Shown here one piece after another: positions 23,826-35,555 of a stretch of 64,000 bases of DNA; within the stretch, counting starts at the first letter, position 1; every line of letters begins with the position of its first letter. The position numbers were made by a program, and so were the translations under genes. This DNA comes from Harriotta raleighana. Lineage: Eukaryota. The DNA lies in the NCBI GenBank assembly GCA_050575255.1, contig JBNZDD010013728.1:3131694-3195693 (forward strand). The letters run 5' to 3'. A model generated the notes under the pieces. The model saw nothing but the letters and a program-made list of their open reading frames with translations, ran no database searches and had not been told where the DNA came from.

Positions 23826-24840
23826 ATCAACAACAACAGCACTTGTGTAGCGTCTTTCACATTGAAGGGAAGTCCCAAGGCATTGGCAGCCAGTATTTCA
23901 GACCCAAGCTGGGGTCGGGATCAGAGAGATTGAAGGGAAAGAAGGGGAAGGATGGTGATCTATGGCACAGTCGAAGAGGAGGGTCTTGAGGCTGAACTTG
24001 GAAGCCAGGGAGGGAGCGAGGTGGATGATTTGCGAGATGGAATTCTAAAGGTTGGGGGCAGAGTGGCTGATGTCTCGCCCACCTATTGTGGGGTGGGTGG
24101 GTTGGGCACATGGCGCAGATCGGAATCACTGATTAGAAGCAGCAGATAGGTTGGTAGGGGGTTAGTAGGGTGAGTACCAGGATCTTGAATTTAATCCTCT
24201 GAATGATGGGAACCCAGTGGAGTCAGGCGAGGATGGGGTTGCGGAGCTTGCTGTGGGAGAGGACGTGGGCTGCAGAGTTCTGGATGATCTGCAACCTGCG
24301 GAGGGAGAATTTTGGAAGGCCGACATGCAGCGGCCTGATAGGTGATGTAGTAGTGGAGTTGGACAATGTTGCAGAGGTGAGGGAAGACAGAGTGGGTTAT
24401 GGCATGGATTTGGGGGAGAAAAGACAGTTGAGGATTGTACACCTAGGTTCCTGACTGACTTGCTGAGGGTGCAACTATAGAGGTTGATACTGCCAGTACC
24501 TGAGGTGTGAAGGTGCTGGTGCAAGCCAATCAGGAGGGCCTTGGTCTTGTTAACATTCAACTGTAGAAAGTTGGCTCTCATCAAGGACTTGATGTCTGAC
24601 AAGCAGCGAACTGAGGGGTGATGTGGTGGCAGAGTTGGTCAGGACAGTGTTGGTCGTGGAATTGAGGGTGGAGGCAGAAAGATAGAGTTGGGTGTTATCC
24701 GCATTCATATAGAAGTCAACCCCCATGGCTGATGACGCTGTCACCAAGAGGGAGCTTGGTGACATAAATGTTGAAAAGGAGAGGGCAAAGATCAGAGCTC
24801 AGGGGGACATCACACATGGCAGTGCGAGGGCTGGAGAAGA
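23826..24840 (-). mobile_element. L2b copy, tail-to-tail with 22789-23783
   Basis: FYMNADNTQLY (decayed YADDTQLY), NFLQLNVNKTKALLIG, (CAA)n tail. Confidence 0.9.
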
Positions 24841-24844
24841 AGAC

Positions 24845-25080
24845 ATTGGTTCGCACAGGATGAAGGTTGTCAAGTGCAATTTCAGGACAAACCTCAGGAA
24901 ATTGTTTCTTTACCCAGAGGTTAATTAATGAATGAAAGAGGTTACCAGTACTTTGGTTGAAGCTAGGATGCTGGACCCATTTAAAAAATAACTTGATGCT
25001 ATGATGGGAGGAAGGTAGGAAAGTTGTTTCTTGGATGCATAGGACCAGATGGGCTGAAGAACCTTCCTCATCTTAGTCTC
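24845..25080 (+). mobile_element. CR1 3' fragment
   Basis: HRMKVVKCNFRTNLRKLF, then TTTAAAAAATAACTTGATG and GGACCAGATGGGCTGAAGAACCTTCCTCATC CR1-type end. Confidence 0.7.
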
Positions 25081-25104
25081 TGTTGCATCCATAACTGCAA
25101 TATG

Positions 25105-25750
25105 ATTTTTTTTGGAAAATATATATTTATTTATAAATAAATTTGGTACAGAAACAGAAATCCCCAAACAAATACAAAATACAATCTTCTTTTCCATTTT
25201 TCCTTTCTCCCAATTCAAAAAACATTCCATTGTTAATGTTACATTTCTTCACTGCACACAGGTTGTGCACATGTTTTTTGGGGATGGCGCTCCCTTTAAT
25301 ACAGTTGGGAGTTGCCCCTTTGTGCACCTCATCCATGTATAAGCCCGCACTTGCCGCTTTCACAAGGCAGCCCGCTGTGCATTGTACATGTTTACCACAC
25401 ATACATTTTTGGGACACCCTTTGGTTACATATCGTATGTCCTTTTGTACCTTTATGTACCTTAACGCCTGGGTTAAGCCCAATCTGGCCTTTGCCAGGGG
25501 TGGAACCGAACTTCAGCTTGTTCCTCAGTATATAGTCCTGATCCTAGGATGCCCGGGCCTGAAGCAGGCCCTTACTCTCCCCTCGTTCTGCCAGAAGAAC
25601 ACCTGGTTTTGGAAATGCCAAAAGGCTGCCTTTACCGAATTTTTGATGCTACAGACACACTCAATGTGGGTTTTGCTGTGAGTGCTCGCTTTGATGCCCA
25701 AGATATGGTGACCTAATTCTGAATTTTAGTCCTTGGCTTTCTTCCTCGAT
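25105..25750 (-). mobile_element. Tx1-clade (L1 group) LINE 3' fragment
   Basis: Minus strand ends AATAAATATATATTTTCC-polyA. My translation ILGIKASTHSKTHIECVCSIKNSVKAAFWHFQNQVFF...(frameshift)QDYILRNKLKFG resembles fish/shark Tx1 ORF2 C-termini (THTETNIxCxWxIINxVKDALWxARN...VQDYVLRDxLKLG), recalled from memory. Confidence 0.7.
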
Positions 25751-25754
25751 AGGT

Positions 25755-25992
25755 GAGCCTTCAGCCATGTTGCCCCATCTATCCTACAATCCCTCTGCCT
25801 CGCCCCTCCCTAGCCTCTTTCAAGGCCCGCCTCAAGACCCTCCTTTTCAAATGTGCCATCAGTCATCCCCCGCTTCCTTCCACCCTCCTCGATCTTGACC
25901 AGTTAGGGTCTGAAGCACTAACTGTCCAGCTCTTTGGGACATCCTCCTGACAAGAAAGGCACTATACAAATGTAATTTGGTTGTTGTTGTTC
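25755..25992 (+). mobile_element. L2b 3' fragment
   Basis: SLASFKARLKTLLF, GGGACATCCTCCTGAC..GAAAGGCACTATACAAATGTAAT, (GTT)n. Confidence 0.85.
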
Positions 25993-26064
25993 GTGTAACA
26001 TGATCTGATCAGAGTCAGCATATCAGTATGGAGGTGCAGTTGAGGTATGTCTCTATAACACTGG

Positions 26065-26452
26065 CATCTGTAGCTATGGCTACAGTGGTTAGAGAACTCG
26101 TCAGTTAAAGCACTACAAACGAGAGAGCTGCGTTTCAATCCAGGCAAGTTTCCTTACTCAACAACAACAACTTTGATTTTTATAGCATCCCCCACCCCGG
26201 ACGACGTCTCAGAGCGCTTGATATTATATGCATATAGGATATAAAAACCCCGCACGCCTAATAATAAACCGTCCAAAAAACCCAATCATTTCAAACCACG
26301 ACTGTCTTGGGACACTGCTGTGCACAATTGGCTGCCGCGTTTCGCCCACAAATATACAGTCAACTCACTTTACAGTGTATTCTGTGATGCGCTTTGAGAC
26401 GTCGATAAGATGTGAAACGCGCTATATCAAATGTAAGGATTATTATTATTAT
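26065..26452 (+). mobile_element. Young SINE with a short nested L2a 3' end (minus, 26160-26220)
   Basis: SINE TTTCCTTACTC is split from C(G)CACGCCTAATAATAA by ACAACAACAACTTTGATTTTTATAGC..TCTCAGAGCGCTT. Confidence 0.85.
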
Positions 26453-26760
26453 AATGCTGCAACCAATTTGCACACAGCGATGTCACACAGCTGTGAAGTG
26501 AATAATCAATTTTATTTGAGGGATTATTTGCTGGGACACTGGGTGAAACTCCCTGTCTTTTAAATAGTGTCATGAGATCCTTAACATCCACCTAAACAGG
26601 CAGATGTCTTGGTTTAACGTCTCATCTGCTGATAGCACTTCTGACAATGCAGCACATCCCAGCACATGAGTTCAAATACTGAAGTGGGGCTTGAACTCAA
26701 AACTTTCTGACTCGGATGTGAGAGTGTTATGAACTGAGCCACAGCCAGAGTTGAGCTGGT
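26453..26760 (-). mobile_element. Old DeuSINE, near full length
   Basis: CCAATTTGCACACAGC, GAGATCCTTAACATCCACCTAAACAGGCAGA, GGTTTAACGTCTCATC, head GGGGCTTGAACTC..ACTGAGCCAC. Confidence 0.8.
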
Positions 26761-27447
26761 GTGAGCTACAGCTGGAATTAAATCTGAAGGGTTTTGGTGA
26801 CATTTCCATTTTCGTCCGTCTGGTTTCATTCTCATAATTAAATGAAGTTTGCTCTATAAATTGGCACTTCAGGGAGATTTGAATGATGTGAGTTTCACAC
26901 CACATTACCATTCATATAATTATTACACTGAGACCCCCCCCTCCCCACTCCTTTTGCTCTCCTTTGTGTTCAGTATTGCAACAAGAGGCATTGTCAACTC
27001 TTCCTTCCCCTGACCATCAAGAACATTTATTAGATCCTTAAGTGGATGGAAACAGGGTTTGATGGCATCGTTTCTTAATTCACTGAACATGAATAACACC
27101 ATTAAAAACAACATTATCTGCTCTAGAGAGCACAGTACATGTAGCCTCTAAATTAGTCATTCACCTCATGACTTCCTATGGAATCTTGCTGTGTGCAAAA
27201 TGATTGCTACATTTGCCTGCACTTGACAATAAAGCACTTTAAATCATATGCATTTGTAGCATTTGTGAGAGTGCTGCAGATATTTACATGTATGTTACCA
27301 ATGATGATTGGATAGAGCTATCAACAAAGATTGGACAAGTTGGAGCTATTCACTCCAGACTTGAGATGATTGGAAATACATAGTGACTACATATTACAGT
27401 AAATGCTGTGAAGCACTTCAAGGTGCCCTCATGCTGTGAAAGCCGCT

Positions 27448-28549
27448 ACAACAACAACAACAACAACAACAACAACTTTGATTTATATCCCAACTCCTCC
27501 CTTCACAGGCTGCAGATCATTCAGAATTCTGCAGCCCGTGTACTCTCCCACACTAGACTCAGCGACCACATCACTCCCACCCTCGCCCACCTCCACTGGC
27601 TCCCCATCTCCAGAGGATCAACTTCAAGATCCTCGTCCTCACCTTCAAGGCCATGAATGGCCTTGCCCCCGCCTATCTCTCTGACCTGCTGTCTCCCTAT
27701 CAGCCTGCCCGCACCCTTCGTTCAGCAAACTCAGGCCTGCTCTGTGTCCACCGCTCTAACCACCCAACCATCGGTGGCCGGGCTTTCAGCCTCTCTGCCC
27801 CCACACTTTGGAATTCCATCCCGCAGTCTCTCCACCTTGCTTCCTCCCTTCCCTCCTTCAAGGCCTTCCTCTTTGACCGCGCCTTCGGTTCCCCCCTACC
27901 CTAGCTCTTCCCACTGTCCTTCCCCCTCCCCCTACACCCAATCCCCCCCCGATGCTCGGGTCCTGACTTGATTGTTCAACGCTTTGGGATGTCCTCCCGA
28001 CGTGAAAGGCACTTTACAAGTGTAATTTTGTTGTTGTTGTTGTTGTACATAGCGCCCTCCATGCCAGACGGCGTCTCAGAGTGCTTCACAATAGTGGATC
28101 CTGGTTCCGAGCCAGGGGCAGGAGTAGAAAGATGACCAAAGGCACGGTCGAAGAGAAAGGTCTTCAGCTGGGACCTGAAGCTGGGAAAAGAGGGGGCAAG
28201 ACGAAGGGAATTCCAGAGCCTTGGGACTTAGTGGCTGAAGGCACGGCCGCCGAGGGTGGAGTGAAGTATTTGGGGGACATGGAGGAGGCCAGACTCGGTG
28301 GAGCGAAGACAATGGGTGCTGGTTTGAGGAGAGAGGAGGTCAGAGAGGTAGGGGTGTGCAGAGGAATGGAGGGATTTGAAGACAAGGGTGAGGATCTTGA
28401 AATCGATCCTCTCTGTGATAGGGAGCCAGTGAAATCTGGCAAGGACTGGGGTAATGGGGGAGCGAAGTTTGATGTGGGTGAGAAAGCAGGCGGGAGAGTT
28501 CTGAATCAGCAGGACTCTGTGGATTGTGGAGGAGGGGAGACCGGGAAGG
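27448..28549 (-). mobile_element. L2a copy split by L2b: tail at 27448-27487, body at 28046-28549
   Basis: (CAA)nCTTTGATTTATA joins TACATAGCGCCCTCC to rebuild the L2a terminus seen intact at 8701-8735 and 26161-26190. Confidence 0.85.
27488..28045 (+). mobile_element. L2b copy, well preserved
   Basis: LHRLQIIQNSAARVLSHT..ITPTLAHLHWLPI, GLAPAYLSDLL..GGRAFSLSAPTLWNSIP, (GTT)n tail. Confidence 0.92.
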
Positions 28550-29869
28550 TTTTTATATTATTCTGATTTGATAAGATGGATGTTGATAGACTGCATCCAC
28601 TTGCTGATGGGTTGCAAAATTAAATGACATAAATGTAAGATAGCTAGGGGTAGATCTAATATGGAGTTGAGGAGAAATGTCTTCACATTAAGGTGGTGAG
28701 AATGAAACTCACTGCTCGAAGCTGTGACTAAAGCAAAAAGCACCAATGTATTTAAGGGGTAACTTTATCCTTATACAAGGGAAAGGGGAATAGAAGGGTA
28801 TAGGTGAGGGGAATAGGAGGGTTAGGGCTCATGTGGAATATAAACATCAGTGCGGACAAATTGGACCAATTGGTTTGTTTCCCTGAGGCAACATTCCATT
28901 CAACATCGCAATAGGGAACCATTCAAATGGAAATTCTTTCTCTTTCCTTTGCGGCCTCCTCTGATCAACCTCACACAATCAGCTTCTGGAGTTCATCACA
29001 AAACATTCAGCCAAGTACCTCTGCAGCTGCTTATAAACCAGACCAGGTAGTACAACAACAGGCACCAGCAATAAAACCATCCAATAAAGTTGTCCTTTCT
29101 TCTTCTTCACCTTTTCCGCTTGTGCTATTGCACAACACAATAAACATTGTGACAGAGAGGATGTTTCGTCCTGAGGGTATCAATTTTTCTCCCACAGCAA
29201 AACCTCTGTGTGATTAGTAACTGAAAGAAATTGATGTTTTACCAGTGCAGATATTGTATCTGATTAAAATACAGATTACAATGGCAATTTCCAAACAGAT
29301 GGTTGAAAGTGTTTAGCTATGATTTTCTACTGCCTATGAGGCTTACTGAACCTGAAACTGTTTGATTTGCTTTTAAGAAAGAACAATTCTACATCACATG
29401 CAATTACTGTCAAGAAGAGTGACTGTATTCATAGGCAAATACAGAAACAAAACTTCACAATTAGCGAAGAAGTGACTGACCAATTTACCTAAAGGATTGT
29501 TGGCTAGGACATCAAGAGAAATTCCCTTTTCATTTAGTGTTATGAGATTACTGAAAGACTTTAAACAGGCAGACAGGAGGTCAATTTAACATTGCATTGT
29601 CCAACTATGCAGCATTTCTCTATTCCCCTCTCCGCCATCACACAAGCATGTCAGCTTCGGCTTTGGATTTGATTTATGATCCAAAGCTAAGACTCCTTAC
29701 CAACTGTGCCAAGCTAAAAATGTTATCAGTTGTATTTGGGCCATCCTCCTGACGTGAAAGGTGCTATACAAATGTAATTTTGTACTTGTGGCTGTCCTTC
29801 TCTCCTGAAGGTTGTGTTCATTTGTCCTTCTGTTGGCATCTAATTGCTCGGACATTGGGAGTTACTAAA

Positions 29870-30072
29870 ATAATAATAATTTGCTCACCTCAATCACGAC
29901 TGTATGTGCGACACTGCTGTGCACAATTGACTGTCCCGTTTCGCCAACAAAATATATAGTCAATTCACTTTACAGTAATATTCGGTAAAGTAATTTGAGA
30001 TGCCTTGAAGACGTAGTACAGGACCATATCAAAAGCAAGGATTACAATCATCCTTGTAATTATTATTATTAC
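29870..30072 (+). mobile_element. SINE 3' half
   Basis: GACACTGCTGTGCACAATTG core, GTCAATTCACTTTACAG, ATT tail. Confidence 0.75.
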
Positions 30073-30851
30073 TGATGTATGAACTTTGATAGGCTATTAG
30101 ACTACAGTAACGTTTATGCCATATCTGGTCATGTCCCCATTCGATCCACACACACGTGCTCTTCCAGCAGGGGTTCACTGGTCGGTGAATCAGCAGTAAA
30201 AATCCTGGCTGAGTTTTTCCTTCCTAAACACTGGATCCATTCACTCATCTGGATTTCCTACTCATACTATTATTCCTGTGCCTGTTTTCATTGTTTAGTA
30301 AATCTAACTGTAAACTTTTTTCTTTCTGCGCAGTATGAGATCATTGCATCTTTATGTGGTGTCCACAATAGAAAACTCTTTGCTTGGGTATCCACAATGT
30401 TTTTGGTCATGATGTACAAGTAAGCATCTTGCTGATTATGTCTTGTTGTCTACTCAGCACCACCAAATGTGTGGAGTCCCACTTTCAACCTGAGAAGTGA
30501 TATAAACGATGATTGGAAAATATTTATTTGCACATTCCAGACTAGGCAAACAGACAAAGTCAGATTAACAGAAGACAAAAACTAGCAGAAATAAAAAATA
30601 AAATGGAAATGAGTATCCTTACGTCTATGGTAACAGCAATCGATTATGAGTCCTGACCTCACTAGTGCAGCTCCTATCTTTATAAGGTGCTGTTTTGACC
30701 TTTCTGCCTAGACTTCATTACAAATCAAATCTGCGTGAATGAAAAACTCAATGAACAAATGTACGTTGAAGATTGACCAATTGTCCACTGAGATCAATAT
30801 TGCAATAACCCCCATAATCACTTACAAATGATCTCATCTCGAATGCCACCC

Positions 30852-30870
30852 AAAGGTCACAATGACCTTT
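30852..30870. promoter_or_regulatory. Perfect estrogen-response-element-type IR3 palindrome / inverted NBRE pair
   Basis: AAAGGTCA-CAA-TGACCTTT matches the consensus AGGTCAnnnTGACCT exactly. Function untested. Confidence 0.45.
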
Positions 30871-31541
30871 ACACATACAGTGTGACTGCTGACAGCAACT
30901 GTTCCAGTTCTGGTACCTGTCAGCCATGCTGTCCCTGATCAGTGTCAATTAGTCACCAATGAACTGACAAGAGGCACAACGCAGCAGACACCAGACAAAT
31001 AAAACTACAGCAGCCCAGTGATTCATTACAAGAAACGCAACAAACAAAAGCGAGAGTGACTCAGAAACATAATTTGGTTAAGGACAAAATCAGGATGCTC
31101 AATGCTGGAACAGATGATGTCCGCTCTCAATTCTAAAATAAAATGTGCTCAGCTCACACAGAACCATACACTATAGATAGTTTGAAGATCGGGCCTAGTT
31201 CCATGATAATTCTCTTTTAATGTTTAGATTCCTCTTTTATTTCCATTTTGTCTTCTTTCCCCTCTAATTTATAGGCTACTGGGGCCACACATGCACTTCT
31301 GAATGAGTCAGGTCCTGCTCCCAAACACTCTCCTATCTCCTCTCAAAGCCTGGCCTCTGTCAGCTGGCAGACAGCATAGTCCAAGCTGCTAGATAATGTC
31401 TGATTCTATTGTGCAGGATGCAGAGCCTCAATACTGCATTAGCATTATCACCAGGGTCTTTGGTCAGTGGCAGAACCAAAAACTGACAACTGTAAACGCA
31501 CACATTTGAGGTACCTGAGTTTCAATCACTGGTATCTCTTT

Positions 31542-31772
31542 GTTAAATACTCAATACCTCCCTGCTGAATACAACAACAAAATTACATTTGTATAGCAGT
31601 TTTCACGTTGAGAGAATGTCCCCAATACTCAATACTACCCCTTTAAATACTCAATACCTCCCCGTTAATACTCAATACCTCCCTGTTACATACTCAATAT
31701 CTCCCCGTTAAATACACAATACCTCCATGTTAAATACTCAGGAACGCCCTTTTAGATACTCAAGAACTCCCT
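31542..31772. repeat. Minisatellite, ~22-bp unit GTTAAATACTCAATACCTCCCY, about 8-9 copies, interrupted by an L2b 3' end (31571-31623)
   Basis: Units visible directly. AATAC flanks both sides of the L2 insert. Confidence 0.85.
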
Positions 31773-32115
31773 TTCCTGTTGGTTCACTCTCCAGATCTCT
31801 TAACAGTAGGATCTAGGGAAAATACGATTGGGCTCAATGTACTTGGGAAAGGGAAAAGTAATAATGGTATTGTATTATCTGCTTGTTCATTGATTGCTGG
31901 ATCACTTTCCTGCAGTAATAATTCCTAAAAAAGAACTGTTCACTCAACTTTGAGGATCACTGATCACCGATAATTAGCTACCAAGTTTTGCTCACAATAT
32001 ACACAATCAATCCAATTTACAATATATTCTGTGCCGTGATAAAGTATTATATTTAAGTTTTTTGGTTCTACTACCTCATGTGAGGGGTACTATATCAATG
32101 AAAATTGTTGTTATC

Positions 32116-32358
32116 AATAATAATAATTCTTGCATTTGATATAGTATATTTTGGGGGCGAAACACGGCAGCTAATTGTGCACAGCGGTGTCCCACAAACA
32201 GTCATGGATTGAAATGACCAATTTATTATTGTTTTTTTGAGGGATTCTTATCAGGCATGTGGAGGAAGGAAATTTGCTCAAGATTTCGCTCTGTCTGGAA
32301 TAGAACCCAGGTCTCTCTCTTGTAAGGTGAGTGCTCTAACCAGAGTTACAGGACTCCA
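32116..32358 (-). mobile_element. Young SINE with an internal deletion near the tail
   Basis: GATATAG joins directly to TATATTTTGGGGGCGAAAC, so the stem-loop region is missing. Head intact. Confidence 0.85.
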
Positions 32359-32534
32359 TAAATGTAAGTATTATTATTATCATCCCATTCCAGTGATTCT
32401 GGCTGAAAAGTGGGGACAAATACCTTGGTGAGATGTCTGCAGTCACCAGCTTGTTACCCACCACTAGCTGGTCTCACACATGAAGAACAAAGACTTGAAT
32501 ATCCCCAGACAACCATAGAGCTCAAACCTAGCAA

Positions 32535-33545
32535 AAGATAACAACACATATATAGCACCCTCCACATGGCTAGCATTTCAGAGCGCTTAACTAACTCCAA
32601 GCGGGGGGAGGAAAGAGGGGTGGGCGGTGACAGAAAGCACAGTCGAAAAAGGAGCTTTTCAGTCAGGACTTGGAAAAGGGGGAGAGTGGAAGCAATGCGA
32701 AGGGATTGAGGGAGAGGGTTCCAGAGTTTTGAGGCATAGTGGATGACCTCCAATGGTGAAGAGAACGGTGCAAGGGACAAGCAGGAGGCCTGTGTCGGTA
32801 GAGCAGAGGACCAGGTGGTGGATTGGGGAGTGAGGGGTTGGAGTGGTTGGGTGATGTCAGGGAATGAAGGGATTTAAAAATGAGTGTGAGAAAGCTTTCA
32901 ATTAATCTGTTCTGTGATGGAGTGACCGTGGAACCTGGCCAGAATTGGGAAGATGTGGGTACAGAGTTTGGTCTGGGTAAATATGGGGACAGCAGAGTTC
33001 TGAATGAGCTGGATTTTTTAAATAGTGGAGCTGGGGAGACCGGCGAGGAGTGCGTTTGAGTAATCCAGGTGGGATGTGACAAACACATGCTAAAGGGTTT
33101 GTGCTGCATTTCGGGTAAGTTAGATGGGCAATGTGGCAGAGATGAAGGAAAGTGGTCCTGGTCAGGGACCGAGTGCGGAAATGTAAGGACATCTGGGGGT
33201 CAAACCAGACACCCAGATTTGGGAGCTTTGGGAGACCAGATCTTCAGGAGTGAAAAAAATGGCTTTTGTCTTGTTCATGTTCAGCTGCAGGATATTTGCA
33301 TTCATCCAGGCCCTGATGTCTGCCGGATAAGCTGATTGAATATTGGTGGACCTGGAGTCGCAGCTGGAGGAGGCAAAGTGTGTGTCAAGTGCTTACATGT
33401 GGGAGTTTATTCCATGTCTGTGGATGACATTACTAAGAGGCAGCATGCAGATGAGGAACAGAAGGATGGAACCATAGGGTACCCCGCAAGACCGGGGGAG
33501 TCGGAGGGAGAAACCATTTGGCAAGATGAAATGGAGGGGGTTGGT
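32535..33545 (-). mobile_element. L2a ~1 kb decayed copy
   Basis: Decayed ORF2 (FLTLIFKSLHSL, ASKLWNPLPQSLR, LQLNMNKTKAIF), terminus ACAACACATATATAGCACCCTCCAC. Confidence 0.85.
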
Positions 33546-34411
33546 TAAGTACAACAACATCTTTCAGGAGAGGAAGGAAGCGAATTGTAGGCAAGAAAAG
33601 TAGTAGGAGCGCAAAACAATAAATGGGTTTTCAGATTTTGAACACGTTGGGGTGAATCTCCCCTGTATACCTGGAGTAATAACCTGATCCCCACCTACAC
33701 TGTTTATTTTTTTGCTCAGCCTGGTGTCTAACCACCATGTTGGGGAACACTGCATCATCAGTGATGCCATCTTTCAAATGAGGTATTGAACCAAAATCCT
33801 ATCCTCCTGGTTACCGGCATTACAAATCCTTTACACTATTGGAAAAAAAAGTCTTCCATATAATAATAATAGTCCGTACATTTGATATGGCATTTTGCAC
33901 ATCAGGCGGACACCTCAAAGCATTGCATGGGAATTACTATAAAGGGTTGTGACTGTGTATTTTATAGGCACTGCTTCAATCATTTATCTTATGCCTGGTT
34001 GCTGGACTGTGCTGTGTGGAAACTGACTCCTGTGTTTGCCTACAAACCAATTACTACAGTTGACAGTAATCACTTGTGAAGCACTTGAGATGTTTCAACA
34101 TTACAAGCACTATAAAAATGCAGGTTCTTTCCATCCGAGTCCAGTTAGGTTAAGGGGAGCAAACAGCTTCAGGTATTTATTACATCGTGCACAAGAAGTA
34201 AGAGTGACAGTGGGTTCTATCACATGACAATTGCCGACATGATTGATACATAAGTCACTACATAGCAAAATGTAATTTATATTAATGGCCTTTGTGTGAA
34301 AGAGCCAAATGTCAGGACTGTGTTGAGGCATGATGGTATTCATTGGCTATTACAGGATTCCTTAAAGTATTCCTTATGTTGAATAAGACAAAAGATGTGC
34401 TAAGGAATAAA

Positions 34412-34660
34412 TTACAACAACAACTTGTATTCTCTAGTGCCTCTCACACAGCATTCCAGAAGTTTCAGTGTTTCAGGGGTAATGGCTGAAAGTGCGATCA
34501 CCAATGGTCGAAGGACAGATTGAGTACTAAGCAGGTCAGTGAAGAAGGGAGGTGCCAGTTCATGAAGGGATTTGAAAACAGGTGCGAAAATCTTGAAACT
34601 GATCCGTTCGGCGATAGGGAGCAAGTGGAGTCTGACTAGAACTGATGTGGTGGGATTTAG
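34412..34660 (-). mobile_element. L2a fragment
   Basis: LPIAERISFKIFAPVFKSLHELAPPFFTDLL, (CAA)n tail. Confidence 0.8.
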
Positions 34661-35240
34661 TAATTTGTTGTTTTTGTTGCTTAACTGATGTAATTTTTGG
34701 ACTTGTTTCTTTGATGACTAACAGCAAGTGTTGTGTGATGACCATGACCAGATATCATTCTGAATAGTATGACTGTGGGTGTGTGTGTCTGGGATGGAGT
34801 CAGGGCATTGATGACTGCAGGTTTATCATTATGATTTATTTGAATAAATAAAGAAATCAGGAAGAATTCACACAATAAAAAGGCTGCCGTGGTCTACGGA
34901 ATTAAGTCTATCCCTTTCTTTCCCTCCTTTCACCTACCTTTGGGCAACTTCACACGGACATATATTTATATCTCTCCTGAATCCCCAAAATAGTAACTAA
35001 AAGTGTGTTAAGATTTGAAAAAAAGGAAAACACAACTCAGACAGTTTTAGGTCTCTTCATTTTCCTCACATTGAGTAATGAAAGCGCTATCAGCATCTTG
35101 CACATGCAGCAAAACAGCCATCGATCCTTTTAACCTTGCCTGTATTCTTGACACTGTGCAAAAAGCCTATCTGCCCTTCATAGAAGTAATGGTCCTTTTA
35201 GAGGGGGGGAATGATGATCACAATAAATAATAATAATTCT

Positions 35241-35555
35241 TAATAATAATCCTTGTATTTGATATAGCACTTTTCATGACTTCTAGACGTCTCAAAGCGC
35301 TTCACAGAATATCCTGTAAAGTGAATTGACTATATACAGTATTTGTGGACGAAATGCAGCAGCTAATTGTGCACAGCAGTGTCCCACAAACAATCGTAGA
35401 TTTAAAATGATCAACTTATTATTGTTTTTTTTCTTCAAGGGATTAATATTAGACGTGTGGAGTAAGGAAACTTGTCTAAAGTTTCGCCCTGCCTGGAGTC
35501 AAACCCAGGTGTCCCGCTTGGAGGCGAATGCTCTAACCAATGAGCTACAGGATTT
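35241..35555 (-). mobile_element. Young SINE, full length
   Basis: Tail, Deu 3' core and A/B-box head all present. Confidence 0.9.

Larger units (their letters stand above)
27290..28905 (+). mobile_element. Old CR1 fragment (27290-27372 + 28560-28905) hosting nested SINE and L2 insertions
   Basis: AGCTATCAACAAAGATTGGACAAGTTGGAGCTATTC (SYQQRLDKLELF) continues after the inserts with GATTTGATAAGATGGATGTTGATAGACTG..AGGAGAAATGTCTTCAC and a CR1 tail. Confidence 0.7.

Noticed and set aside
31542-31772. CRISPR-like array
   Set aside because: Head-to-tail units without spacers, in a vertebrate genome with no cas genes.
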